DNA of 64,000 nucleotides from NCBI GenBank assembly GCA_965261435.1, contig CBDHDL010000021.1, forward strand, positions 142,872-206,871. Direction: 5' to 3'. The position numbers and the translations under genes were made by a program. This document shows, one piece after another, positions 1 through 9,076 of the stretch. The notes beneath the pieces were generated by a model. It was not told the DNA's origin, searched no databases, and was given only the letters and a program-made list of their open reading frames with translations. The first letter of the stretch is position 1. Each line of letters begins with the position of its first letter. This DNA comes from Candidatus Poribacteria bacterium (GTDB lineage: Bacteria; Poribacteria; WGA-4E; WGA-3G).

Positions 1-65
1 GTGTATCTTCATCTGGTATGCATGTTTTGATACGCTGCTATATACTGAAATTTTCTTATGTACAC

Positions 66-437
66 TTAAAAACTTTTGATTCTTTTTTTCTTGAGTGCTT
101 GATAATTATCTCCAGCTAAGATTGCAGCGATTTCCTTCTCATCACGTTTGGAACGTAGGTCTCTAATAGTCTCATTCTGTTCCTCTTGGATCTTAGCAAG
201 ATCACGATGCAATTGTTGCATCTGAAGTTTGAATAATTGAATTCTGTTTTGAAGACCTTCAAGTTCCTGTTGAATTGTTATTACTCGATTTTTTTTCTCA
301 TCTATTGTAGTTTCACTTTCTTTCTTCAACGTTGTATATAGGATGTAGTCTGGATGTTGTTTTACTTCTTCCTCAGATTTACCTTCTTCTTTCAGTTCAT
401 TAGCAATGGATTCTAATTTTTTCTTATTCTCTTCCAC
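66..437 (-). CDS. hypothetical coiled-coil protein
   Basis: 123-aa ORF with heptad-like charged repeats (KLESIANELKEEGK; QLHRDLAKIQEEQ), GTG start, no recognisable catalytic motif. A 51-aa ORF (approx. 455..610, minus) lies just upstream and is separated by a T7 homopolymer. Confidence 0.35.
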   Translation of the reverse strand: MEENKKKLESIANELKEEGKSEEEVKQHPDYILYTTLKKESETTIDEKKNRVITIQQELEGLQNRIQLFKLQMQQLHRDLAKIQEEQNETIRDLRSKRDEKEIAAILAGDNYQALKKKRIKSF

Positions 438-701
438 AAAACTTGTAAATTTGTCAATATCTGCTTCAAGGCTTGCTCAAGGTGCCTTTTTTTATTTCAA
501 TATGAGGAAGTAACATCCCAACTGCCATTTTGTACTGTTCGAATTTCGCTTCTTTGAATCTGATGAGAATATCATAAGCAGATTGTATCGTCTCAGTATT
601 AATTTTCTCACTTTTTACCATTTGATTATCTCCTATTGTCTGCTAAGTGTAAATTCATATAGATTTATGTCTTTAACTTGAGAATCCTCTTAAAACTTGT
701 G

Positions 702-1544
702 CTATTGTAGCGTTTCTTGTTCAGTAGACTCAACTTTAGGTTGAGTGGACAATGTCTGTGTATCTTCATCTGGTATTGTCGTTTGAGGTATTTCAATCTC
801 GGGGTTCTGTGTAGAGGTGCGTATCTGCTCATCAACCTTTTTAGCGAACGCAAGGCTTTCATCAAGTTCGGATCGTAGGCGAGAAAGTTCAGTTTCGTTA
901 CTATCAGGACTCAATGTTATTACACGTGCATATAATTGCGTTAGTTGTACTATTGTTTTCTCAACATCCGCGATGAGTTGTTCTCTGCGTTCCTGTAAGA
1001 CTCGTCTCACATTTATTAATTTGGAGTTTTTTGACTTTTCATACATACGGAGTGTATCTTTCAAGCACTGAACAGCCTGTGTAAAGAGTTCTGTTACCTT
1101 TCTTGTGATGTCAGCACTAACAGACAAAGGTAGAGACGCCATCCATCCAGCATCATTAACATCCTCTTGGAAGGATTGGTGTAGTGTACGTAGTTCTTCC
1201 AACATCTGCTCAGTTCTCATGTCACCATCTTTTTTCAATTGTAAGTGTAGCGCGTTTAGTTCCTCTTCTTGTTGATGTTGTGTCTCGTGAAGAAGTTCTT
1301 CATGCACGCGTTTTGCTATTTCGTCTGTCCCCGTTGTCCACTTCGTAATCAGACTACCAATTGGGATTGCGATTCCCACAACAGCACTTGCGAAGAGAAA
1401 GAAAATACTTGGTTGAAAATTGAATACCCAGGTCGCAAATGCTCCAATTGTTCCTGCAGCAAAAGGATAAATGACGAAAGGGTTATTTATATGATGATTC
1501 AGATATTTCTTCAGAAACGCTTTCCTATCAATCAACTTTCTCAC
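702..1544 (-). CDS. hypothetical membrane protein with coiled-coil C-terminal region
   Basis: 280 aa. The N-terminus has two hydrophobic helices (FVIYPFAAGTIGAFATWVF; IFFLFASAVVGIAIPIGSLI), followed by a long charged coiled-coil and an acidic tail. Confidence 0.45.
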   Translation of the reverse strand: MRKLIDRKAFLKKYLNHHINNPFVIYPFAAGTIGAFATWVFNFQPSIFFLFASAVVGIAIPIGSLITKWTTGTDEIAKRVHEELLHETQHQQEEELNALHLQLKKDGDMRTEQMLEELRTLHQSFQEDVNDAGWMASLPLSVSADITRKVTELFTQAVQCLKDTLRMYEKSKNSKLINVRRVLQERREQLIADVEKTIVQLTQLYARVITLSPDSNETELSRLRSELDESLAFAKKVDEQIRTSTQNPEIEIPQTTIPDEDTQTLSTQPKVESTEQETLQ

Positions 1545-1966
1545 CCTATAAAATGCGTAATTGTTACAATTTCAAGATTCTTTGAGTGTATGAGAATCAA
1601 TGTTGTTGGTATCGTGCATTGGTAAATTTAAAAGAAAGAAATCTCAGGTCAACTTATTCTCCATACTAATACGCCAAGAAATCACTGACACATCATATTG
1701 CTTTTCTATCTTATTTCTATATAATATTATCATATTGTAGCAATGTTTGTAAAGAGAATTAACAGGACTTCAAAATCTATTTTCAAAGTTCAATAAAGTA
1801 TAACAAAGGATGATGAAAAAATCAATGTGTTTGTGTCTTTCAACACTTCTCAATATTGAAATCATCTTTCTAATTTGGTATAATTGCCAAAAACCGAGAT
1901 TGCTTCTGAAACTTTGCAGAATTATTCTACCATTGCTTAGAATGACTAACCAAAATAGGGGGAAAG

Positions 1967-3514
1967 GTGACGTTTGATATTATTATTACTGGGGGGAGCA
2001 TCGTTGACGGAACTGGGAAACGAGACCCTTTTGTTGCAGATGTCGGTATACAATCCGATAGAATCACTGGGATAGGTAATCTTGAAAATGCAGAAACGAA
2101 CTGTCGCATATCTGCAAATGGATTGGTGGTGTGTCCTGGATTTGTGGATGTTCATGTGCATTCTGAGATTTCATTATTGGGAGGACGAGACCAACATGCA
2201 GCTGTGATGCAAGGGGTAACTACCCATCTTGCAGCACCCGATGGTTTTGGATGGGCACCACTTTCACCGAAGTTAGCACAGGAATTATGGCATTATACGC
2301 AATTTGCTTATGGTGATGATGAAGTGCCACTCAATTGGCAGACCCCTGATGAATATCTCAATATGTTTAATGATAGAATCCCTGCGAATCTTTATCCACA
2401 AGTCCCACACTGCGCTGTCCGTCTTGGTGCAATGGGATGGGATGCAAGACCCGCTACATCGGATGAACTGAAAACCATGGAACGTTCAACAAGAGCGTGG
2501 CTTGAAGCAGGGGCATGTTGTCTCTGTTTAGGCTTGGATTATCAACCCTCTGCAAATGCTGATTTAGATGAATTGGTCTACTTGTCCAAGGTTGCTGCAC
2601 GTTATGACGCAATATATGCTGCACATGTCCGCTACCAACTCATCGGTAGAAAGGCTGCTTGGCAGGAAACCGTAGAAATTGCAAAACAAGCCGATATACC
2701 TGTCCATATTTCACATGAACGGGTTGATGATGAAGTTGGTGCTATACTTGATCAGGTAGACCGTGAGGACATTGATCTGACATTTGAATCGTACCTTTAT
2801 CCTGCGGGTATGACACACCTTGCGATGTTGCTACCGATGGAATATCAGACTGGAACTCCTGAAGAGATGTTAGAGAATTTAGAGGATCCAGCTGTTCAAG
2901 CGAAGTCTCTTCCATATCTTCGCGAAAAATTGGGAGATGCCAATCAAATTATTGGCTATAACAGATCTGGAAGATACATCGGCATGTTACTCTTCCAAGC
3001 AGCGCAAGCTGAAGGTAAATCAAATGAAGAGTTTGCTTATGATTTCATTCGTGATGAAGCGGCAATTGAAACATCTATAATGCCGTGGTCTTCACCCGCA
3101 GAAGAAAATGAACGGATTCTAAACCGCACTGCAAGTCATCCCAGGATGATGATTGCCAGCGATGGCGTTTACAACATACCACATCCACATCCGAGAAGTT
3201 ATGGATGTTTTGTGCAGTATCTCGGAAAGTATGTAAGAGAAAAAAAGATTGTCTCGTTAAAAGAAGCAGTTTATAAGATGAGTGGTTTCCCCGCTGAACG
3301 ATTTCGGATCCATGATCGTGGTAAAATCGCTCAAGGACTTGCTGCGGACATTGTCATATTTGATCCAGAAACCGTTGCAGATCAATCTACTTGGTTTGAA
3401 CCGGTACAGCCACCAATAGGTGTAAATTGGGTATTTGTGAATGGGATACCTGTAATTGAAGATGGTGATGTCACTGATAGGTTGCCGGGGAAAGTTTTGC
3501 GTCATACAAGATAG
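1967..3514 (+). CDS. N-acyl-D-amino-acid deacylase (D-aminoacylase) family amidohydrolase
   Basis: N-terminal IIITGGSIVDGTG...ADVGIQSDRITGIG...GLVVCPGFVDVHVHSE matches the metal-binding HxH region of D-aminoacylases. 515 aa is typical for the family. Confidence 0.7.
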   Translation: MTFDIIITGGSIVDGTGKRDPFVADVGIQSDRITGIGNLENAETNCRISANGLVVCPGFVDVHVHSEISLLGGRDQHAAVMQGVTTHLAAPDGFGWAPLSPKLAQELWHYTQFAYGDDEVPLNWQTPDEYLNMFNDRIPANLYPQVPHCAVRLGAMGWDARPATSDELKTMERSTRAWLEAGACCLCLGLDYQPSANADLDELVYLSKVAARYDAIYAAHVRYQLIGRKAAWQETVEIAKQADIPVHISHERVDDEVGAILDQVDREDIDLTFESYLYPAGMTHLAMLLPMEYQTGTPEEMLENLEDPAVQAKSLPYLREKLGDANQIIGYNRSGRYIGMLLFQAAQAEGKSNEEFAYDFIRDEAAIETSIMPWSSPAEENERILNRTASHPRMMIASDGVYNIPHPHPRSYGCFVQYLGKYVREKKIVSLKEAVYKMSGFPAERFRIHDRGKIAQGLAADIVIFDPETVADQSTWFEPVQPPIGVNWVFVNGIPVIEDGDVTDRLPGKVLRHTR

Positions 3515-3528
3515 CGGAGACAAAATAT

Positions 3529-4971
3529 ATGGATAGGTATGACCTTACTATCATTGGTGGCGGGAGTGCGGGACTTGTGCTTGCAGTCGCGGGTGCTAAA
3601 CTCGGGAAAAAGACCGCACTGGTAGAAAAACATCGTCTTGGCGGAGATTGTCTCTGGACAGGATGCGTTCCTTCAAAAGCATTACTAAAGACCGCAAAAG
3701 TTGCTAATATCTTTAGACACGCAGATAAATATGGGATTCCTTCCATTGATGCAAAACCAGATTTTCAACGAGTCATGGACTATGTTCGCGGTACCCAGCA
3801 CTATATTGAAGAGGAACACGACAACCCCGAACGTTTCCGTGAAATGGGTGTTGATGTAATCTTTGGTGATGGATATTTTGAATCACGCAATACATTCGCT
3901 GTCAAGGACAGTGAAAATAATCAGTCAAGAGTACTGAATAGCAAGAAGTTTGTCATCAGTACAGGATCACGTCCACTGGTACCGAATATTCCTAATTTAG
4001 ATCACTGTGATTATTTGGACAGTGAAAATGTATGGGATTTGGAAGAACTACCACAACGGTTGTTAGTTGTCGGTGCCGGTCCAATCGGCATAGAATTAGG
4101 ACAAGCATTTCACCGACTCGGTTCAGCGGTGACGATAGTTCAGCGAAGTGACAGAATAATGAAAAAAGAGGATTCAGAGGTATCTGAAAGGGTGTTGGAG
4201 TATTTGCGTGCAGAAGGTATTGAAATCAGACTCAATATAGGAATTGATGGCGTTGAAAAACGCAATGATGAAATCGTTGCAACATTCGCTGGAACAAAAA
4301 ACGTTACCAACGAGGATAGACAAAAACGGACATTTGATAAGGTCCTGATTGCTATTGGACGCGCACCCAATATTGAGGGATTGGGGTTGGAAGATATCGG
4401 TGTTAGAACTGGCAAGAATGGAATTATCGTTAATAACAAACTTCAGACACATGTTAAGAACATATATGCTGCAGGCGATGTGATTGGACATTACCTATTT
4501 ACACATGTCGCGGCATTTCAAGCGCAATTGCTCATCAAAAACCTATTACTTCCTTTTAGCCAAAAGATCAACTATGCTGTTGTTCCTTGGACAACGTTCT
4601 GTGATCCTGAGGTGGCACGTTGCGGATTAACTGAGGAAGAAGCTCGTAAGAAATATGGTGATGTGGATGTTTTTAAACTGGATCAATCTGATGTTGATAG
4701 AGCGGTTGCTGAAGGTGAAACACTGGGGTTCACAAAAGTTATTACAAGCAAGTGGAGGGGTCGAATCTTAGGTGTTCATATAGTAGGTACAAATGCTGGC
4801 GAAGTCATTCATGAATATGTCTTGGCGATGCAGGAAGGTATACCTTTAAGAAAACTGAGTGGAATGATGCATGTGTATCCAACCTATTCTACCAGTGTAT
4901 TGCGGGTAGCAGCAAAGTGGTTGTCTGAAGGCACGTTAGTAAAATCTTTGAGAAAGTTGATAGGATCTTAA
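3529..4971 (+). CDS. class I pyridine nucleotide-disulfide oxidoreductase (dihydrolipoyl dehydrogenase / glutathione reductase family)
   Basis: FAD Rossmann motif IIGGGSAGLVLA; redox-active disulfide GGDCLWTGCVPSK (CxxxxC); second NAD(P) Rossmann motif VVGAGPIGIELG; C-terminal H-x-YPT interface motif (HVYPTYS). It sits 14 nt after the D-aminoacylase, probably in the same operon. Confidence 0.7.
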   Translation: MDRYDLTIIGGGSAGLVLAVAGAKLGKKTALVEKHRLGGDCLWTGCVPSKALLKTAKVANIFRHADKYGIPSIDAKPDFQRVMDYVRGTQHYIEEEHDNPERFREMGVDVIFGDGYFESRNTFAVKDSENNQSRVLNSKKFVISTGSRPLVPNIPNLDHCDYLDSENVWDLEELPQRLLVVGAGPIGIELGQAFHRLGSAVTIVQRSDRIMKKEDSEVSERVLEYLRAEGIEIRLNIGIDGVEKRNDEIVATFAGTKNVTNEDRQKRTFDKVLIAIGRAPNIEGLGLEDIGVRTGKNGIIVNNKLQTHVKNIYAAGDVIGHYLFTHVAAFQAQLLIKNLLLPFSQKINYAVVPWTTFCDPEVARCGLTEEEARKKYGDVDVFKLDQSDVDRAVAEGETLGFTKVITSKWRGRILGVHIVGTNAGEVIHEYVLAMQEGIPLRKLSGMMHVYPTYSTSVLRVAAKWLSEGTLVKSLRKLIGS

Positions 4972-5369
4972 ATAGGATTATATATCACGTCATTATGCTG
5001 ATGCTTCAACCAGTTTGAATCTGTGGTAAAAACACTACATTTTTGAACACATTATTCAGGAACAAATAGTATCTTCTTATTCAATTCAGGGATTAGATAT
5101 TTGGATTTTGGAATTGTGAAAAGAGTCGGAGACTACAACCTATATATAATGGTTGAGGTGTATCAGGGAATCTAACCTTACGCATACAAATTCGGTTGCC
5201 ACATGCGTAAATTTAAGATTGTAGCTCCGACTCACCTAAGGAGGCGTATATTCTATTTAGCAATTTTTATGCCAAGAGAAATGTTGTTTATAAGTGTCTT
5301 TGTCGTTATTTTTGCCTATTTTTTTGACATACTGATGAAAAATTGGACACTGAAGATTTTACTTCGCCT

Positions 5370-8300
5370 TTATTCTCGCTCAACTCTTTCAACAATCAAC
5401 GTAACACCAAGTAGACGGGCAATTTTTTCAAGCTCCCCTATTCTATCAACATTATCAAAACCGATCGTTCCTCTTACATAGAATTCATCTACTTTGATTC
5501 CTTTGGTTTTATAGCCAGTGAACGGTTTTCTTGATACGATGTTAGGACGAACTCGCATTACTTTTTCCAGACCTAACTTTTTAAGCACCTCAATATAAGT
5601 ATCGTTACTGCGATAGTGATGAATAACTGTTTTATCAGACATAGTAACTTTAAGGTTCGTAAATTTCCTAAGTCCTCTGCCTTTTTCATAAGGTTGATTA
5701 CTGCCATTAGGTTCTTCTCCCTTCTGTTCATCACTGCTATTTAACGCAGCTAATAGGTTCTTCTCCCTTCTGTTCATCACTTTTCCAATCTGTTCATCAT
5801 TCTCAATAGATTCATCACTCTCAATAGGTTCAGGAACAGAGTTTTCAACAATTTGGGATTGTTGCTGTGCGTAAAAACTCAAGATTGCTTTTATATCCAA
5901 CCAGTGTCTTTCCACAAAACGAATGCTTGCTTCTGTGTCTCCCAGTTTCAAGGGCACTTCAAATTCACCAGAATTATCCGCATTGATCAACTGATTTTTC
6001 AAGGTGTTCATTACTTCAGGAACCTGTTTAACATAAGTCGTATATTTAGGTGAGCACTCTGGACAGAGTGCCAAAAACTGTGCCGCGTACTCTTTTGTGA
6101 AGTGACCTTTTAACATTTCAACAGCGTCAAAGTAGTAATTCCCACCGTGATATTTAAAAGGCATTTTATCTTGACATATCTGACAAACAACTTGGCCGTC
6201 TTCATTTCTATATTGCTCAGTAAGCCAGGTTTTTGGATCAATTGAACCTGTTGAAGTGCGAACGCTTCTAACTTTTTTTTCATATTCTTGGTTCGGAGCA
6301 TTTTCCAACTCTGTGATCACAAGTTTTCTGCGTCTTTCAGGATCCCGTACAGACCTAACTGGAAAAGGGGTGTCTTGAGGTGTTTGTACGAATGCAATAC
6401 TATTATTGGATGGTGACTGAAGGAACGATTCAATTCTTGCTTTTGCCATTGGGGATGCCTCAATAATCTTGTTCAGAAAATCTATTGAGACATCAATTTC
6501 TTGCGAGATTGTCTCAATTATCCGTTTCCTACTCATTGGCATACCAAGTTTTTTTGCCAACTGTTCATTTCTTATAAATGAATCAGGTAGATCATCAATA
6601 CTAATTTCACTTGGCTTGTGCATGTTGCCATCTACATCAGGCAACCAATTGGTGTCAATTAATAACCTACCAAAAGAATCAGATATTTCTTCCTCATTAG
6701 TACTATTTTCATAGTTTTTCTTGCTTGATTTCTCTACAGTCCCTTTAATACAGTCAGCGTTGTAAACAGCGATTTGATTCCATATAAAAACGCTTTTCTC
6801 AGCAGTTAAATCGTTAAGTGCATGTTCTAATCCGTCTACTTCTATGTTTGGATCAAATCCATCAAGCCCTCTACTATGATTGCCATGATAGTTATGAATA
6901 GTAACATAACCTTGCATATCTTTTTCTTTTCTTACGACTCGCACGGAATTCATAACTCCCAATTCTTTAAATAATTCTTCTGCAGAGGGAGGATAAAAAT
7001 CAAGATTGACAAAGCCGTAAGATGGATTTCCTTTAAAATATAGACGTAGATTATCATTACCAAAATAGAGTTGATCAGGCATGAAGTAAATGTTTCTGTC
7101 TAAATCAGGTTTTTCGGCAAGGATGAAAGGAGTATCCTGAAGGGCATTCCTAAGTTGTCTTTTCTTTTCTTCCGAATCTGTATCGTATGCTTTTATAATT
7201 CTGTCAAAATCGCGTCTATGCTCGGAAAATAAAATTATACGTGAGTCCTCCTTGTATTTTGGCGGGATAGTCTCAATAATTTCTGCAACACTATCGTACT
7301 CCTGAACTCCTAATGTTTTTAAGAATTCGTAGGCATCCTTATCTTGTGAGATTTCAAATTTCACTATTGGTCGTGAAGCGTCTACGCTTGTGTCATCTGC
7401 CAAATAGGCAGTTGGCTGTGAACGTTCTTGAGGAGGACTTACGTGTATGCAATTTTGTAAGCGTAAGATAGGTTTGGTACGCAGAACGCTATCACTATCA
7501 CGCCACAACGCTGGTTGATCAGACAAAAATTTATAAAATCTAACGAACCATTCGTCATCTTGTATTGAAAGAAAGTTCACAGAGATTTTACGTCCAAACA
7601 TAGCAGGTGTTACTTCCTCAATTTCTAATAAGTGCATAACATATTGACGAAGAGCTGGAGTCCGATCTGGTGTGATTTCATTAGACAGCCATTTAAGTTC
7701 ATCATCATCAGGACGCGAAAATAACTGACCTAATTGTGTATAGGACAGTATATTTCTAACTGCATTAGAACGCGTGAGTACAGCATTTTGTGCTGATACA
7801 AAAGCATTAGCATCATTCGTAGGAAGAAATTGTTCCACCAGAAACAAGTCACGCACTATCGTAAAAATGTGATAGAACAAACTATCTTCTTCGTTCTCAA
7901 GATCATTCAGACGGTTAGCCAGGGCTTCCAAAAATTGTACTTTTAAAAGTTCTCTTTCTTTTAAAAGAGGTAATAAATCAGAAGCAACTGAATTGGCAAC
8001 GCATTTCATTAACCAGTGATTCCAAGGCACATCTTGGAGGTCTTCACGCGAACTTGGTAAAATAAAATCTGCGTTGATTAAAAATGGGAAATTTGTATCT
8101 GATCGGATGGGTAGATAGGCAAAAATCTTCCCGACTGCTTTAGAATTTTGATCCAATGGAAAAGCTACTGAAACATCACGTTTATCTATTCCCTCTCGTT
8201 TTTCGTGAGAAATATTTGAAGGTCTATCAAAACGTTTGGTACATACTAAAAATTTTTCTGTATTAGAGTAGGGAATGCCTTGTTTTTCGTCTTTAACTAT

Positions 8301-9011
8301 AATTTCCACTTCTGGTCCTGCAGAATTGTCTTTTAAAATGGTAAGATTGTCACCAGAATCCGTTTCAATGCGAATTTCTTGGAGCGTAGAAAGAAATAGA
8401 ATTACTTCTGGTTCAATATCTCGCAGCATCTCTTCAATTTCCTTGTACTTAAAATTGCCCTTTGTCAATGGGAGAATAATATGAGTTTCAGACAAGTCTA
8501 AACCGTCTGGAAACTTGTGAGTCCATTGCGGTACAATATACCCAAGTCCTGTTTCTTCATCAAACTTCGGTAAACTGAAATGGTAACCATTTGAAAAAAT
8601 ATGCGGGTTGTCCGTAACACGAAAAACAGATTTGAAACCGATTCCTTTTTCACCTATATACCCTTGATCTTTTATCTTAGTAGTTTCACCAACTGCACAA
8701 ATTGCCTCTACGTTGTCGCGGTTAAAGCCAGTTTCATTATTTTGAATAATTAATGCACCATTAGATCCTGAGGTAAAGGTTGGATCCGTTCTTGTTAACC
8801 GAAAGGAAATATAGGGAGGTTGAGGACTGTGCTTTTCATACGAATTGTCTTCAGCATTCTGGATCAACTCAAAAATAAAATGAATATCCTTATTATAAAG
8901 GTCATCTGCCAAAGTTTCGATTGAATTGTTTAAACTCGTTTTAAGTTTCTCACTTCCCTCATGAAAACCTGTCCTAATTTTCTGAATATGTTCAAATTGT
9001 TCACTTGACAA
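5370..9011 (-). CDS. large GHKL (sacsin/MORC-like Bergerat-fold) ATPase-domain protein, C-terminal Cys-rich region; candidate conflict-system component
   Basis: N-terminal Bergerat motifs: N-box FELIQNAEDN; G1-like region IIQNNETGFNRDNV; G2 box GEKGIGFKSVF. 1213 aa. A Cys cluster sits near the C-terminus (CQICQ...CPEC). An acidic low-complexity linker contains short DNA repeats. The start is 66 nt downstream of the SNF2 helicase stop on the same strand. Confidence 0.65.
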   Translation of the reverse strand: MSSEQFEHIQKIRTGFHEGSEKLKTSLNNSIETLADDLYNKDIHFIFELIQNAEDNSYEKHSPQPPYISFRLTRTDPTFTSGSNGALIIQNNETGFNRDNVEAICAVGETTKIKDQGYIGEKGIGFKSVFRVTDNPHIFSNGYHFSLPKFDEETGLGYIVPQWTHKFPDGLDLSETHIILPLTKGNFKYKEIEEMLRDIEPEVILFLSTLQEIRIETDSGDNLTILKDNSAGPEVEIIVKDEKQGIPYSNTEKFLVCTKRFDRPSNISHEKREGIDKRDVSVAFPLDQNSKAVGKIFAYLPIRSDTNFPFLINADFILPSSREDLQDVPWNHWLMKCVANSVASDLLPLLKERELLKVQFLEALANRLNDLENEEDSLFYHIFTIVRDLFLVEQFLPTNDANAFVSAQNAVLTRSNAVRNILSYTQLGQLFSRPDDDELKWLSNEITPDRTPALRQYVMHLLEIEEVTPAMFGRKISVNFLSIQDDEWFVRFYKFLSDQPALWRDSDSVLRTKPILRLQNCIHVSPPQERSQPTAYLADDTSVDASRPIVKFEISQDKDAYEFLKTLGVQEYDSVAEIIETIPPKYKEDSRIILFSEHRRDFDRIIKAYDTDSEEKKRQLRNALQDTPFILAEKPDLDRNIYFMPDQLYFGNDNLRLYFKGNPSYGFVNLDFYPPSAEELFKELGVMNSVRVVRKEKDMQGYVTIHNYHGNHSRGLDGFDPNIEVDGLEHALNDLTAEKSVFIWNQIAVYNADCIKGTVEKSSKKNYENSTNEEEISDSFGRLLIDTNWLPDVDGNMHKPSEISIDDLPDSFIRNEQLAKKLGMPMSRKRIIETISQEIDVSIDFLNKIIEASPMAKARIESFLQSPSNNSIAFVQTPQDTPFPVRSVRDPERRRKLVITELENAPNQEYEKKVRSVRTSTGSIDPKTWLTEQYRNEDGQVVCQICQDKMPFKYHGGNYYFDAVEMLKGHFTKEYAAQFLALCPECSPKYTTYVKQVPEVMNTLKNQLINADNSGEFEVPLKLGDTEASIRFVERHWLDIKAILSFYAQQQSQIVENSVPEPIESDESIENDEQIGKVMNRREKNLLAALNSSDEQKGEEPNGSNQPYEKGRGLRKFTNLKVTMSDKTVIHHYRSNDTYIEVLKKLGLEKVMRVRPNIVSRKPFTGYKTKGIKVDEFYVRGTIGFDNVDRIGELEKIARLLGVTLIVERVERE

Positions 9012-9076
9012 AATAAATTCCTCCTACTATCAATAATTTCCATTTAAGAAATAACTTGTCCTAAAATATAAGGAAA

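Noticed and set aside
1269-1625. 118-aa plus-strand Cys-rich ORF
   Set aside because: It is antisense to the membrane region of the 702..1544 gene.
5203-5481. 92-aa plus-strand ORF
   Set aside because: It overlaps the 3' end of the 1213-aa minus-strand gene and has hydrophobic low-complexity content; it is likely spurious.
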